Below, one piece after another: positions 24,001-39,000 of a stretch of 64,000 bases of DNA. Source of the DNA: Nemertoderma westbladi (lineage: Eukaryota > Animalia > Xenacoelomorpha); NCBI GenBank assembly GCA_032718475.1, contig JAUCBJ010009135.1:82626-146625 (forward strand), given 5' to 3'. Numbering within the stretch: position 1 is the stretch's first letter; each line of letters starts with the position of its first letter. Made by a program: the position numbers and the translations under genes. The notes beneath the pieces were generated by a model. That model did not search any database. It worked only from the letters and a program-made list of their open reading frames with translations, and had not been told where the DNA came from.

Positions 24001-27000
24001 TACTGTATTAGCACTGTGGTGGTTGGAAGAGAGGTTCATTTATCCTGTACTACTGTATTAGCACTGTGGTGGTTGGAAGAGAGGTTCATTTATCCTGTAC
24101 TAATGTATTAGCACTGTGGTGGTTGGGTAGCACACTGTGGTGGTTGGAAGAGAGGTTCATTTATCCTGTACTACTGTATTAGCACTGTGGTGGTGGGAAG
24201 AGAGGTTCATTTATCCTGTACTACTGTATTAGCATTGTGGTGGTTGGAAGAGAGGTTCATTCATCCTGTACTACTGTATTAGCATTGTGGTGGTTGGAAG
24301 AGAGGTTCATTTATCCTGTACTACTGTATTAGCACCGTGGTGGTTGGAAGAGAGGTTCATATATCCTGTACTACTGTATTAGCACACTGTGGTGGTTGGA
24401 AGAGAGGTTCATTTATCCCGTACTACTGTATTAGCATTGTGGTGGTTGGAAGAGAGGTTCATTTATCCTGTACTACTGTATTAGCATTGTGGTGGTTGGA
24501 AGAGAGGTTCATTTATCCTGTACTACTGTATTAGCATTGTGGTGGTTGGAAGAGAGGTTCATTCATCCTGTACTACTGTATTAGCATTGTGGTGGTTGTA
24601 AGAGAGGTTCATTCATCCTGTACTGTATTAGCACTGTGGTGGTTGGAAGAGAGGTTCATTTATCCTGTACTACTGTATTAGCATTGTGGTGGTTGGAAGA
24701 GAGGTTCATTTATCCTGTACTACTGTATTAGCACTGTGGTGGTTGGAAGAGAGGTTCATTTATCCTGTACTACTGTATTAGCACTGTGGTGGTTGGAAGA
24801 GAGGTTCATTTATCCTGTACTAATGTATTAGCACTGTGGTGGTTGGGTAGCACACTCTGGTGGTTGGAAGAGAGGTTCATTTATCCTGTACTACTGTATT
24901 AGCACTGTGGTGGTTGGAAGAGAGGTTCATTCATCCTGTACAACTGTATTAGCACTGTGGTGGTTGGAAGAGAGGTTCATTTATCCTGTACTACTGTATT
25001 AGCACTGTGGTGGTTGGAAGAGAGGTTCATTTATCCTGTACTACTGTATTAGCACTGTGGTGGTTGGAAGAGAGGTTCATTTATCCTGTACTACTGTATT
25101 AGCACTGTGGTGGTTGGAAGAGAGGTTCATTTATCCTGTACTAATGTATTAGCACTGTGGTGGTTGGGTAGCACACTGTGGTGGTTGGAAGAGAGGTTCA
25201 TTTATCCTGTACTACTGTATTAGCACTGTGGTGGTGGGAAGAGAGGTTCATTTATCCTGTACTACTGTATTAGCATTGTGGTGGTTGGAAGAGAGGTTCA
25301 TTCATCCTGTACTACTGTATTAGCATTGTGGTGGTTGGAAGAGAGGTTCATTTATCCTGTACTACTGTATTAGCACCGTGGTGGTTGGAAGAGAGGTTCA
25401 TATATCCTGTACTACTGTATTAGCACACTGTGGTGGTTGGAAGAGAGGTTCATTTATCCCGTACTACTGTATTAGCATTGTGGTGGTTGGAAGAGAGGTT
25501 CATTTATCCTGTACTACTGTATTAGCATTGTGGTGGTTGGAAGAGAGGTTCATTTATCCTGTACTACTGTATTAGCATTGTGGTGGTTGGAAGAGAGGTT
25601 CATTCATCCTGTACTACTGTATTAGCATTGTGGTGGTTGTAAGAGAGGTTCATTCATCCTGTACTGTATTAGCACTGTGGTGGTTGGAAGAGAGGTTCAT
25701 TTATCCTGTACTACTGTATTAGCATTGTGGTGGTTGGAAGAGAGGTTCATTTATCCTGTACTACTGTATTAGCACTGTGGTGGTTGGAAGAGAGGTTCAT
25801 TTATCCTGTACTACTGTATTAGCACTGTGGTGGTTTGAAGAGAGGTTCATTCATCCTGTACTACTGTATTAGCACTGTGGTGGTTGGAAGAGAGGTTCAT
25901 TTATCCTGTACTACTGTATTAGCACTGTGGTGGTTGGAAGAGAGGTTCATTCATCCTGTACTACTGTATTAGCACTGTGGTGGTTGGAAGAGAGGTTCAT
26001 TTATCCTGTACTACTGTATTAGCACTGTGGTGGTTGGAAGAGAGGTTCATTTATCCTGTACTACTGTATTAGCACTGTGGTGGTTGGAAGAGAGGTTCAT
26101 TTATCCTGTACTACTGTATTAGCACTGTGGTGGTTGAAGAGAGGTTCATTTATCCTGTACTACTGTATTAGCACTGTGGTGGTTGGAAGAGAGGTTAATT
26201 TATCCTGTACTACTGTATTAGCACTGTGGTGGTTGGAAGAGAGGTTAATTTATCCTGTACTACTGTATTAGCACTGTGGTGGTTGGAAGAGAGGTTCATT
26301 TATCCTGTACTACTGTATTAACACTGTGGTGGTTGGAAGAGAGGTTCATTTATCCTGTACTACTGTATTAGCACTGTGGTGGTTGGAAGAGAGGTTCATT
26401 TATCCTGTACTACTGTATTAGCACTATGGTGGTTGGAAGAGAGGTTAATTTATCCTGTACTACTATATTAGCACTGTGGTGGTTGGAAGAGAGGTTAATT
26501 TACCCTGTACTACTGTATTAGCACTGTGGTGGTTGGAAGAGAGGTTCATTTATCCTGTACTACTGTATTAACACTGTGGTGGTTGGAAGAGAGGTTCATT
26601 TATCCTGTACTACTGTATTAGCACTGTGGTGGTTGGAAGAGAGGTTCATTTATCCTGTACTACTGTATTAGCACTGTGGTGGTTGGAAGAGAGGTTCATT
26701 TATCCTGTACTACTGTATTAGCACGGTGGTGGTTGGAAGAGAGGTTCATTTATCCTGTACTACTGTATTAGCACTGTGGTGGTTGTAAGAGAGGTTCATT
26801 CATCCTGTACTACTGTATTAGCACTGTGGTGGTTTGAAGAGAGGTTCATTTATCCTGTACTACTGTATTAGCACTGTGGTGGTTGTAAGAGAGGTTCATT
26901 TATCCTGTACTACTGTATTAGCACTGTGGTGGTTGGAAGAGAGGTTCATTTATCCTGTACTACTGTATTAGCACTGTGGTGGTTGGAAGAGAGGTTCATT

Positions 27001-30000
27001 TATCCTGTACTACTGTATTAGCACTGTGGTGGTTGGAAGAGAGGTTCATTTATCCTGTACTACTGTATTAGCACTGTGGTGGTTGGAAGAGAGGTTCATT
27101 TATCCTGTACTACTGTATTAACACTGTGGTCGTTGGAAGAGAGGTTCATTTATCCTGTACTGTATTAACACTGTGGTGGTTTGAAGAGAGGTTCTTTTAT
27201 CCTGTACTACTGTATTAGCACTGTGGTGGTTGGAAGAGAGGTTCATTTATCCTGTACTACTGTATTAACACTGTGGTGGTTGGAAGAGAGGTTCATTTAT
27301 CCTGTACTACTGTATTAGCACTGTGGTGGTTGGAAGAGAGGTTCATTTATCCCGTACTACTGTATTAGCACTGTGGTGGTTGGAAGAGAGGTTCATTCAT
27401 CCTGTACTACTGTAGCACTGTGGTGGTTGGAAGAGAGGTTCATTTATCCTGTACTACTGTATTAGCACTGTGGTGGTTGGAAGAGAGGTTAATTTATCCT
27501 GTACTACTGTATTAGCACTGTGGTGGTTGGAAGAGAGGTTCATTCATCCTGTACTACTGTAGCACTGTGGTGGTTGGAAGAGAGGTTCCTTTATCCTGTA
27601 CTACTGTATTAGCACTGTGGTGGTTGGAAGAGAGGTTCATTTATCCTGTACTACTGTATTAGCACTGTGGTGGTTGGAAGAGAGGTTCATTTATCCTGTA
27701 CTACTGTATTAGCACTGTGGTGGTTGGAAGAGAGGTTCATTTATCCTGTACTACTGTATTAGCACTGTGGTGGTTGGAAGAGAGGTTAATTTATCCTGTA
27801 CTACTGTATTAGCACTGTGGTGGTTGGAAGAGAGGTTAATTTATCCTGTACTACTGTATTAGCACTGTGGTGGTTGGAAGAGAGGTTCATTTATCCTGTA
27901 CTACTGTATTAACACTGTGGTGGTTGGAAGAGAGGTTCATTTATCCTGTACTACTGTATTAGCACTGTGGTGGTTGGAAGAGAGGTTCATTTATCCTGTA
28001 CTACTGTATTAGCACTATGGTGGTTGGAAGAGAGGTTAATTTATCCTGTACTACTATATTAGCACTGTGGTGGTTGGAAGAGAGGTTAATTTACCCTGTA
28101 CTACTGTATTAGCACTGTGGTGGTTGGAAGAGAGGTTCATTTATCCTGTACTACTGTATTAACACTGTGGTGGTTGGAAGAGAGGTTCATTTATCCTGTA
28201 CTACTGTATTAGCACTGTGGTGGTTGGAAGAGAGGTTCATTTATCCTGTACTACTGTATTAGCACTGTGGTGGTTGGAAGAGAGGTTCATTTATCCTGTA
28301 CTACTGTATTAGCACGGTGGTGGTTGGAAGAGAGGTTCATTTATCCTGTACTACTGTATTAGCACTGTGGTGGTTGTAAGAGAGGTTCATTCATCCTGTA
28401 CTACTGTATTAGCACTGTGGTGGTTTGAAGAGAGGTTCATTTATCCTGTACTACTGTATTAGCACTGTGGTGGTTGTAAGAGAGGTTCATTTATCCTGTA
28501 CTACTGTATTAGCACTGTGGTGGTTGGAAGAGAGGTTCATTTATCCTGTACTACTGTATTAGCACTGTGGTGGTTGGAAGAGAGGTTCATTTATCCTGTA
28601 CTACTGTATTAGCACTGTGGTGGTTGGAAGAGAGGTTCATTTATCCTGTACTACTGTATTAGCACTGTGGTGGTTGGAAGAGAGGTTCATTTATCCTGTA
28701 CTACTGTATTAACACTGTGGTCGTTGGAAGAGAGGTTCATTTATCCTGTACTGTATTAACACTGTGGTGGTTTGAAGAGAGGTTCTTTTATCCTGTACTA
28801 CTGTATTAGCACTGTGGTGGTTGGAAGAGAGGTTCATTTATCCTGTACTACTGTATTAACACTGTGGTGGTTGGAAGAGAGGTTCATTTATCCTGTACTA
28901 CTGTATTAGCACTGTGGTGGTTGGAAGAGAGGTTCATTTATCCCGTACTACTGTATTAGCACTGTGGTGGTTGGAAGAGAGGTTCATTCATCCTGTACTA
29001 CTGTAGCACTGTGGTGGTTGGAAGAGAGGTTCATTTATCCTGTACTACTGTATTAGCACTGTGGTGGTTGGAAGAGAGGTTAATTTATCCTGTACTACTG
29101 TATTAGCACTGTGGTGGTTGGAAGAGAGGTTCATTCATCCTGTACAACTGTATTAGCACTGTGGTGGTTGGAAGAGAGGTTCATTTATCCCGTACTACTG
29201 TATTAGCACTGTGGTGGTTGGAAGAGAGGTTCATTCATCCTGTACTACTGTAAGCACTGTGGTGGTTGGAAGAGAGGTTCCTTTATCCTGTACTACTGTA
29301 TTAGCACTGTGGTGGTTGGAAGAGAGGTTCATTTATCCTGTACTACTGTATTAGCACTGTGGTGGTTGGAAGAGAGGTTCATTTATCCTGTACTACTGTA
29401 TTAGCACTGTGGTGGTTGGAAGAGAGGTTCATTTATCCTGTACTACTGTATTAGCACTGTGGTGGTTGGAAGAGAGGTTCATTTATCCTGTACTACTGTA
29501 TTAGCACTGTGGTGGTTGGAAGAGAGGTTCATTTATCCTGTACTACTGTATTAGCACTGTGGTGGTTGGAAGAGAGGTTCATTTATCCTGTACTACTGTA
29601 TTAGCACTGTGGTGGTTGGAAGAGAGGTTCATTTATCCTGTACTACTGTATTAGCACTGTGGTGGTTGGAAGAGAGGTTCATTTATCCTGTACTACTGTA
29701 TTAGCACTGTGGTGGTTGGAAGAGAGGTTCATTTATCCCGTACTACTGTATTAGCACTGTGGTGGTTGGAAGAGAGGTTAATTTATCCGCTGTACTACTG
29801 TATTAGCACTGTGGTGGTTGGAAGAGAGGTTCATTTATCCTGTACTACTGTATTATCACTGTGGTGGTTGGAAGAGAGGTTCATTTATCCTGTACTACTA
29901 CTGTATTAGCACTGTGGTGGTTGGAAGAGAGGTTTATTTATCCGCTGTACTACTGTATTAGCACTGTGGTGGTTGGAAGAGAGGTTCATTTATCCTGTAC

Positions 30001-33000
30001 TACTGTATTAGCACTGTGGTGGTTGGAAGAGAGGTTCATTTATCCTGTACTACTGTATTAGCACTGTGGTGGTTGGAAGAGAGGTTCATTTATCCTGTAC
30101 TACTGTATTAGCACTGTGGTGGTTGGAAGAGAGGTTCATTTATCCTGTACTACTGTATTAGCACTGTGGTGGTTGGAAGAGAGGTTCATTCATCCTGTAC
30201 TACTGTATTAGCACTGTGGTGGTTGGAAGAGAGGTTCATTTATCCTGTACTACTGTATTAGCACTGTGGTGGTTGGAAGAGAGGTTCATTTATCCTGTAC
30301 TACTGTATTAGCACGGTGGTGGTTGGAAGAGAGGTTCATTTATCCTGTACTACTGTATTAGCACTGTGGTGGTTGGAAGAGAGGTTCATTCATCCTGTAC
30401 TACTGTACTGTATTAGCACTGTGGTGGTTGGAAGAGAGGTTCATTTATCCTGTACTACTGTATTAGCACGGTGGTGGTTGGAAGAGAGGTTCATTTATCC
30501 TGTACTACTGTATTAGCACTGTGGTGGTTGGAAGAGAGGTTCATTCATCCTGTACTACTGTATTAGCACTGTGGTGGTTGGAAGAGAGGTTCATTTATCC
30601 TGTACTACTGTATTAGCACTGTGGTGGTTGGAAGAGAGGTTCATTTATCCTGTACTACTGTATTAGCACTGTGGTGGTTGGAAGAGAGGTTCATTCATCC
30701 TGTACTACTGTATTAGCACTGTGGTGGTTGGAAGAGAGGTTCATTTATCCTGTACTACTGTATTAGCACTGTGGTGGTTGGAAGAGAGGTTCATTTATCC
30801 TGTACTACTGTATTAGCACTGTGGTGGTTGGAAGAGAGGTTCATTCATCCTGTACTACTGTATTAGCACTGTGGTGGTTGGAAGAGAGGTTCATTTATCC
30901 TGTACTACTGTATTAGCACTGTGGTGGTTGGAAGAGAGGTTAATTTATCCTGTACTACTGTATTAGCACTGTGGTGGTTGGAAGAGAGGTTAATTTATCC
31001 TGTACTACTGTATTAGCACTGTGGTGGTTGGAAGAGAGGTTCATTTATCCTGTACTACTGTATTAGCACTGTGGTGGTTGGAAGAGAGGTTCATTTATCC
31101 TGTACTACTGTATTAGCACTGTGGTGGTTGGAAGAGAGGTTAATTTATCCTGTACTACTGTATTAGCACTGTGGTGGTTGGAAGAGAGGTTCATTTATCC
31201 TGTACTACTGTATTAGCACTGTGGTGGTTGGAAGAGAGGTTCATTTATCCTGTACTACTGTATTAGCACTGTGGTGGTTGGAAGAGAGGTTCATTATCCT
31301 GTACTACTGTATTAGCACTGTGGTGGTTGGAAGAGAGGTTCATTTATCCTGTACTACTGTATTAGCACTGTGGTGGTTGGAAGAGAGGTTCATTTATCCT
31401 GTACTACTGTATTAGCACTGTGGTGGTTGGAAGAGAGGTTAATTTATCCTGTACTACTGTATTAGCACTGTGGTGGTTGGAAGAGAGGTTCATTTATCCT
31501 GTACTACTGTATTAGCACTGTGGTGGTTGGAAGAGAGGTTCATTTATCCTGTACTACTGTATTAGCACTGTGGTGGTTGGAAGAGAGGTTCATTTATCCT
31601 GTACTACTGTATTAGCACTGTGGTGGTTGGAAGAGAGGTTCATTTATCCTGTACTACTGTATTAGCACTGTGGTGGTTGGAAGAGAGGTTCATTTATCCT
31701 GTACTACTGTATTAGCACTGTGGTGGTTGGAAGAGAGGTTCATTTATCCTGTACTACTGTATTAGCACTGTGGTGGTTGGAAGAGAGGTTCATTTATCCT
31801 GTACTACTGTATTAGCACTGTGGTGGTTGGAAGAGAGGTTCATTTATCCTGTACTACTGTATTAGCACTGTGGTGGTTGGAAGAGAGGTTCATTTATCCT
31901 GTACTACTGTATTAGCACTGTGGTGGTTGGAAGAGAGGTTCATTTATCCTGTACTACTGTATTAGCACTGTGGTGGTTGGAAGAGAGGTTCATTCATCCT
32001 GTACTACTGTATTAGCACTGTGGTGGTTGGAAGAGAGGTTCATTTATCCTGTACTACTGTATTAGCACTGTGGTGGTTGGAAGAGAGGTTCATTTATCCT
32101 GTACTACTGTATTAGCACGGTGGTGGTTGGAAGAGAGGTTCATTTATCCTGTACTACTGTATTAGCACTGTGGTGGTTGGAAGAGAGGTTCATTCATCCT
32201 GTACTACTGTATTAGCACTGTGGTGGTTGGAAGAGAGGTTCATTTATCCTGTACTACTGTATTAGCACTGTGGTGGTTGGAAGAGAGGTTCATTTATCCT
32301 GTACTACTGTATTAGCACGGTGGTGGTTGGAAGAGAGGTTCATTTATCCTGTACTACTGTATTAGCACTGTGGTGGTTGGAAGAGAGGTTCATTCATCCT
32401 GTACTACTGTACTGTATTAGCACTGTGGTGGTTGGAAGAGAGGTTCATTTATCCTGTACTACTGTATTAGCACGGTGGTGGTTGGAAGAGAGGTTCATTT
32501 ATCCTGTACTACTGTATTAGCACTGTGGTGGTTGGAAGAGAGGTTCATTCATCCTGTACTACTGTATTAGCACTGTGGTGGTTGGAAGAGAGGTTCATTT
32601 ATCCTGTACTACTGTATTAGCACTGTGGTGGTTGGAAGAGAGGTTCATTTATCCTGTACTACTGTATTAGCACTGTGGTGGTTGGAAGAGAGGTTCATTC
32701 ATCCTGTACTACTGTATTAGCACTGTGGTGGTTGGAAGAGAGGTTCATTTATCCTGTACTACTGTATTAGCACTGTGGTGGTTGGAAGAGAGGTTCATTT
32801 ATCCTGTACTACTGTATTAGCACTGTGGTGGTTGGAAGAGAGGTTCATTCATCCTGTACTACTGTATTAGCACTGTGGTGGTTGGAAGAGAGGTTCATTT
32901 ATCCTGTACTACTGTATTAGCACTGTGGTGGTTGGAAGAGAGGTTCATTTATCCTGTACTACTGTATTAGCACTGTGGTGGTTGGAAGAGAGGTTCATTT

Positions 33001-36000
33001 ATCCTGTACTACTGTATTAGCACTGTGGTGGTTGGAAGAGAGGTTCATTCATCCTGTACTACTGTATTAGCACTGTGGTGGTTGGAAGAGAGGTTCATTT
33101 ATCCTGTACTACTGTATTAGCACTGTGGTGGTTGGAAGAGAGGTTCATTTATCCTGTACTACTGTATTAGCACTGTGGTGGTTGGAAGAGAGGTTCATTT
33201 ATCCTGTACTACTGTATTAGCACTGTGGTGGTTGGAAGAGAGGTTCATTTATCCTGTACTACTGTATTAGCACTGTGGTGGTTGGAAGAGAGGTTCATTT
33301 ATCCTGTACTACTGTATTAGCACTGTGGTGGTTGGAAGAGAGGTTCATTTATCCTGTACTACTGTATTAGCACTGTGGTGGTTGGAAGAGAGGTTCATTT
33401 ATCCTGTACTACTGTATTAGCACTGTGGTGGTTGGAAGAGAGGTTAATTTATCCTGTACTACTGTATTAGCACTGTGGTGGTTGGAAGAGAGGTTCATTT
33501 ATCCTGTACTACTGTATTAGCACTGTGGTGGTTGGAAGAGAGGTTCATTTATCCTGTACTACTGTATTAGCACTGTGGTGGTTGGAAGAGAGGTTAATTT
33601 ATCCTGTACTACTGTATTAGCACTGTGGTGGTTGGAAGAGAGGTTAATTTATCCTGTACTACTGTATTAGCACTGTGGTGGTTGGAAGAGAGGTTCATTT
33701 ATCCTGTACTACTGTATTAGCACTGTGGTGGTTGGAAGAGAGGTTCATTTATCCTGTACTACTGTATTAGCACTGTGGTGGTTGGAAGAGAGGTTAATTT
33801 ATCCTGTACTACTGTATTAGCACTGTGGTGGTTGGAAGAGAGGTTCATTTATCCTGTACTACTGTATTAGCACTGTGGTGGTTGGAAGAGAGGTTCATTT
33901 ATCCGCTGTACTACTGTATTAGCACTGTGATGGTTGGAAGAGAGGTTCATTTATCCTGTACTACTGTATTAGCACTGTGGTGGTTGGAAGAGAGGTTCAT
34001 TTATCCTGTACTACTGTATTAGCACTGTGGTGGTTGGAAGAGAGGTTCATTTATCCTGTACTACTGTATTAACACTGTGGTGGTTGGAAGAGAGGTTCAT
34101 TTATCCTGTACTACTGTATTAACACTGTGGTGGTTGGAAGAGAGGTTCATTTATCCTGTACTTACTGTATTAGCACTGTGGTGGTTGGAAGAGAGGTTCA
34201 TTTATCCTGTACTACTGTATTAGCACTGTGGTGGTTGGAAGAGAGGTTCATTTATCCTGTACTACTGTATTAACACTGTGGTGGTTGGAAGAGAGGTGCA
34301 TTTATCCTGTACTACTGTATTAGCACGGTGGTGGTTGGAAGAGAGGTTCATTTATCCTGTACTACTGTATTAGCACTGTGGTGGTTGGAAGAGAGGTTCA
34401 TTCATCCTGTACTACTGTATTAGCACTGTGGTGGTTGGAAGAGAGGTTCATTTATCCTGTACTACTGTATTAGCACTGTGGTGGTTGGAAGAGAGGTTCA
34501 TTTATCCTGTACTACTGTATTAGCACTGTGGTGGTTTGAAGAGAGGTTCATTCATCCTGTACTACTGTATTAGCACTGTGGTGGTTGGAAGAGAGGTTCA
34601 TTTATCCTGTACTACTGTATTAGCACTGTGGTGGTTGGAAGAGAGGTTCATTTATCCTGTACTACTGTATTAGCACTGTGGTGGTTGGAAGAGAGGTTCA
34701 TTCATCCTGTACTACTGTATTAGCACTGTGGTGGTTGGAAGAGAGGTTCATTTATCCTGTACTACTGTATTAGCACTGTGGTGGTTGGAAGAGAGGTTCA
34801 TTTATCCTGTACTACTGTATTAGCACTGTGGTGGTTGGAAGAGAGGTTCATTTATCCTGTACTACTGTATTAGCACTGTGGTGGTTGGAAGAGAGGTTCA
34901 TTCATCCTGTACTACTGCATTAGCACTGTGGTGGTTGGAAGAGAGGTTCATTTATCCTGTACTACTGTATTAGCACTGTGGTGGTTGGAAAAGAGGTTCA
35001 TTTATCCTGTACTACTGTATTAGCACTGTGGTGGTTGGAAGAGAGGTTCATTTATCCTGTACTACTGTATTAGCACTGTGGTGGTTGGAAGAGAGGTTCA
35101 TTTATCCTGTACTACTGTATTAGCACTGTGGTGGTTGGAAGAGAGGTTAATTTATCCTGTACTACTGTATTAGCACTGTGGTGGTTGGAAGAGAGGTTCA
35201 TTTATCCTGTACTACTGTATTAGCACTGTGGTGGTTGGAAGAGAGGTTAATTTATCCTGTACTACTGTATTAGCACTGTGGTGGTTGGAAGAGAGGTTAA
35301 TTTATCCTGTACTACTGTATTAGCACTGTGGTGGTTGGAAGAGAGGTTCATTTATCCTGTACTACTGTATTAGCACTGTGGTGGTTGGAAGAGAGGTTCA
35401 TTTATCCTGTACTACTGTATTAGCACTGTGGTGGTTGGAAGAGAGGTTAATTTATCCTGTACTACTGTATTAGCACTGTGGTGGTTGGAAGAGAGGTTCA
35501 TTTATCCTGTACTACTGTATTAGCACTGTGGTGGTTGGAAGAGAGGTTCATTTATCCGCTGTACTACTGTATTAGCACTGTGATGGTTGGAAGAGAGGTT
35601 CATTTATCCTGTACTACTGTATTAGCACTGTGGTGGTTGGAAGAGAGGTTCATTTATCCTGTACTACTGTATTAGCACTGTGGTGGTTGGAAGAGAGGTT
35701 CATTTATCCTGTACTACTGTATTAACACTGTGGTGGTTGGAAGAGAGGTTCATTTATCCTGTACTACTGTATTAACACTGTGGTGGTTGGAAGAGAGGTT
35801 CATTTATCCTGTACTTACTGTATTAGCACTGTGGTGGTTGGAAGAGAGGTTCATTTATCCTGTACTACTGTATTAGCACTGTGGTGGTTGGAAGAGAGGT
35901 TCATTTATCCTGTACTACTGTATTAACACTGTGGTGGTTGGAAGAGAGGTGCATTTATCCTGTACTACTGTATTAGCACTGTGGTGGTTGGAAGAGAGGT

Positions 36001-39000
36001 TCATTTATCCTGTACTACTGTATTAGCACTGTGGTGGTTGGAAGAGAGGTTCATTTATCCTGTACTACTGTATTAGCACTGTGGTGGTTGGAAGAGAGGT
36101 TCATTTATCCTGTGCTACTGTATTAGCACTTTGGTGGTTGGAAGAGAGGTTCATTTATCCTGTACTACTGTATTAGCACTGTGGTGGTTGGAAGAGAGGT
36201 TCATTTATCCTGTACTACTGTATTAGCACTGTGGTGGTTGGAAGAGAGGTTCATTCATCCTGTACAACTGTATTAGCACTGTGGTGGTTGGAAGAGAGGT
36301 TCATTTATCCTGTGCTACTGTATTAGCACTGTGGTGGTTGGAAGAGAGGTTCATTTATCCTGTACTACTGTATTAGCACTGTGGTGGTTGGAAGAGAGGT
36401 TCATTTATCCTGTACTACGTATTAACACTGTGGTGGTTGGAAGAGAGGTTCATTTATCCTGTAGTACTGTATTAGCACTGTGGTGGTTGGAAGAGAGGTT
36501 CATTTATCCTGTACTACTGTATTAGCACTGTGGTGGTTGGAAGAGAGGTTCATTTATCCTGTACTACTGTATTAGCACTGTGGTGGTTGGAAGAGAGGTT
36601 CATTTATCCTGTACTACAGTACGTATTAGCACTGTGGTGGTTGGAAGAGAGGTTCATTTATCCTGTACTACTGTATTAGCACTGTGGTGGTTGGAAGAGA
36701 GGTTCATTTATCCTGTACTACTGTATTAGCACTGTGGTGGTTGGAAGAGAGGTTCATTTATCCTGTACTACTGTATTAGCACTGTGGTGGTTGGAAGAGA
36801 GGTTAATTTATCCTGTACTACTGTATTAGCACTGTGGTGGTTGGAAGAGAGGTTAATTTATCCTGTACTACTGTATTAGCACTGTGGTGGTTGGAAGAGA
36901 GGTTCATTTATCCTGTACTACTGTATTAGCACTGTGGTGGTTGGAAGAGAGGTTCATTTATCCTGTACTACTGTATTAGCACTGTGGTGGTTGGAAGAGA
37001 GGTTAATTTATCCTGTACTACTGTATTAGCACTGTGGTGGTTGGAAGAGAGGTTCATTTATCCTGTACTACTGTATTAGCACTGTGGTGGTTGGAAGAGA
37101 GGTTCATTTATCCGCTGTACTACTGTATTAGCACTGTGATGGTTGGAAGAGAGGTTCATTTATCCTGTACTACTGTATTAGCACTGTGGTGGTTGGAAGA
37201 GAGGTTCATTTATCCTGTACTACTGTATTAGCACTGTGGTGGTTGGAAGAGAGGTTCATTTATCCTGTACTACTGTATTAACACTGTGGTGGTTGGAAGA
37301 GAGGTTCATTTATCCTGTACTACTGTATTAACACTGTGGTGGTTGGAAGAGAGGTTCATTTATCCTGTACTACTGTATTAGCACTGTGGTGGTTGGAAGA
37401 GAGGTTCATTTATCCTGTACTACTGTATTAGCACTGTGGTGGTTGGAAGAGAGGTTCATTTATCCTGTACTACTGTATTAACACTGTGGTGGTTGGAAGA
37501 GAGGTGCATTTATCCTGTACTACTGTATTAGCAATGTGGTGGTTGGAAGAGAGGTTCATTTATCCTGTACTACTGTATTAGCACTGTGGTGGTTGGAAGA
37601 GAGGTTCATTTATCCTGTACTACTGTATTAGCACTGTGGTGGTTGGAAGAGAGGTTCATTTATCCTGTGCTACTGTATTAGCACTTTGGTGGTTGGAAGA
37701 GAGGTTCATTTATCCTGTACTACTGTATTAGCACTGTGGTGGTTGGAAGAGAGGTTCATTTATCCTGTACTACTGTATTAGCACTGTGGTGGTTGGAAGA
37801 GAGGTTCATTCATCCTGTACAACTGTATTAGCACTGTGGTGGTTGGAAGAGAGGTTCATTTATCCTGTGCTACTGTATTAGCACTGTGGTGGTTGGAAGA
37901 GAGGTTCATTTATCCGCTGTACTGCTGTATTAGCACTGTGGTGGTTGGAAGAGAGGTTCATTTATCCTGTACTACTGTATTAGCACGGTGGTGGTTGGAA
38001 GAGAGGTTCATTTATCCTGTAGTACTGTATTAGCACTGTGGTGGTTGGAAGAGAGGTTCATTTATCCTGTACTACTGTATTAGCACTGTGGTGGTTGGAA
38101 GAGAGGTTCATTTATCCTGTACTACTGTATTAGCACTGTGGTGGTTGGAAGAGAGGTTCATTTATCCTGTACTACTGTATTAACACTGTGGTGGTTGGAA
38201 GAGAGGTTCATTTATCCTGTACTACTGTATTAGCACTGTGGTGGTTGGAAGAGAGGTTCATTTATCCTGTACTACTGTATTAGCACTGTGGTGGTTGGAA
38301 GAGAGGTTCATTTATCCTGTACTACTGTATTAGCACTGTGGTGGTTGGAAGAGAGGTTCATTTATCCTGTACTACTGTATTAGCACTGTGGTGGTTGGAA
38401 GAGAGGTTCATTTATCCTGTACTACTGTATTAGCACTGTGGTGGTTGGAAGAGAGGTTCATTTATCCTGTACTACTGTATTAGCACTGTGGTGGTTGGAA
38501 GAGAGGTTCATTTATCCTGTACTACTGTATTAGCACTGTGGTGGTTGGAAGAGAGGTTCATTTATCCTGTACTACTGTATTAGCACTGTGGTGGTTGGAA
38601 GAGAGGTTCATTTATCCTGTACTACTGTATTAGCACTGTGGTGGTTGGAAGAGAGGTTCATTTATCCTGTACTACTGTATTAGCACTGTGGTGGTTGGAA
38701 GAGAGGTTCATTTATCCTGTACTACTGTATTAGCACTGTGGTGGTTGGAAGAGAGGTTCATTTATCCTGTACTACTGTATTAGCACTGTGGTGGTTGGAA
38801 GAGAGGTTCATTTATCCTGTACTACTGTATTAGCACTGTGGTGGTTGGAAGAGAGGTTCATTTATCCTGTACTACTGTATTAGCACTGTGGTGGTTGGAA
38901 GAGAGGTTCATTTATCCTGTACTACTGTATTAGCACTGTGGTGGTTGGAAGAGAGGTTCATTTATCCTGTACTACTGTATTAGCACTGTGGTGGTTGGAA